Positions 62,931 through 64,000 of a DNA stretch of 64,000 nt are shown here, piece by piece. Position 1 is the stretch's first letter, and each line of letters opens with the position of its first letter. Origin of the DNA: Takakia lepidozioides. Lineage: Eukaryota > Plantae > Bryophyta. The notes below the pieces were generated by a model. The model made no database searches. It was not told the DNA's origin and was given only the letters and a program-made list of their open reading frames with translations. The DNA lies in assembly GCA_030704615.1 (NCBI GenBank), contig CM060734.1, positions 12,834,001 to 12,898,000 on the forward strand. Reading direction: 5' to 3'. A program made the position numbers and the translations under genes.

Positions 62931-64000
62931 CTGGAATGTAGAGATTGTTTCGTGGTGAGGCCAACTTTTGGGTAAGCATGACGGGTGCCAGGCTTATGGG
63001 GAAAGAGAAGAAGTCCCATGCCCCAAAGAAAGGGGCGGAGAACCTGTTTGCTCTGCCGGCATGTGTGACGCGGGCTGGCGTCTCACGGTTAACCAGCCCC
63101 GTCGACAGCCGCAGCCGGAGGGCTCCTCTGCCCCCTGAGGCCAGCCCCCCCCCCCCCCCCCCCCCTCTTGTCCCCATCTTGGATTTGCCAGCTCAACCAC
63201 CTCTCCTATTCGGGAGGTTGTTGCTGGGCCGGATGCTTAGTTGAGCATACCCCCGGCCACCAAGACGGGTGAGATGTACCTTGGCAAGCGCATCACCCGT
63301 TCGGGGGCCCGGTTCGGGCAACTTTTGGATGTCACCCCTATACAGACCCCTTCCTCTGCAGTGAAGGCCACATTTGCCAAGGCCCAAGGTCGGGTTGAAG
63401 GGCCTCGGGAACTGGCGGTTCCTAGCCCAATGTTGATCATGAGGGAGGAGTTGACAAGGAGGGCCAATGAGGAGGCCGAGATAGCGAAGCACCTCGAATT
63501 AGTGAAGCCGGGTGAGGGCTTCTACCCTGCTACGCATTTGTGGGGGGGGGGGGGAGGAGGAGCTACGGGCCGGTTTGGAGCGGCCTAGCCGATCAGCGAT
63601 GTCGTCCCCTCAGCCTGAGTGGTCAACAAAGAAGGGCCTGGACTCCGGGGCGCCGCTGCCGACTATAGTCGACATCTGGAACCTACTTCCTGCGGCGCTT
63701 CGGGAGGGGATAACACGGGGACTTCCGGCAGCGGGGACTCCTGCCACATCGGGTGACACCGGGGCCGAGTCGGCCAAGCTTGCAAAGGTACAACCGTCGC
63801 ACCTTGCCCATTCCATGTTTTGTCATTTCTTTTGCATGCATGTATTTCTTTTTTGTTCGTTTCTTTTTTTGAATTTGGGGGTGGGGTATGAGGCAGAGAC
63901 ATTCTTGGCCGGTTGGATGCACTCCCGTGGGGTTATCAATGAGGCAGAGCACATGGTGTTGATGAAGGACCAGAACACCAAAGGCAAGAAGAAGAGGCCT

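Noticed and set aside
61988-62975. Long ORFs in CT/GA-rich DNA (also 34346-34940)
   Set aside because: These are translation artefacts of stop-poor low-complexity sequence.

Overview
Eukaryotic, very probably plant, heterochromatin-like DNA made almost entirely of nested transposable elements. It looks bryophyte-like and carries TTTAGGG-type repeats; that placement is inference only. No intact host gene was recognised. From left to right: (1) a probable Helitron remnant with an RPA-like OB-fold pseudogene and an OTU protease ORF; (2) the 3' half of a decayed RLE-type (Dualen/RandI-like) LINE carrying a chromodomain, a PCIF1/Dam-like N6-adenine methyltransferase remnant and RNase H; (3) an APE-LINE fragment; (4) a broken, partly inverted relative of element D, interrupted by a half-tRNA-primed Copia (19995-30455), which is itself interrupted by chromovirus B (23382-30265); (5) a palindrome array; (6) a second copy of the chromovirus, C, on the minus strand (36487-55812); (7) a Naiad/Chlamys-like Penelope element between ~1.75-kb direct repeats. 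The highlight is element D (37306-49652), inserted into C. It is a Ty3/Gypsy element with a C5 DNA methyltransferase between protease and RT, a PHD finger after the integrase, an extra 249-aa ORF and a captured ribosomal P-stalk tail. Its termini are not ordinary LTRs but split direct repeats (A...B-gc-A-B), whose internal junction is a palindromic att-like site, GACA-GC-TGTC. This suggests integration from a circular intermediate by a DDE integrase. All alignments and counts were done by eye.
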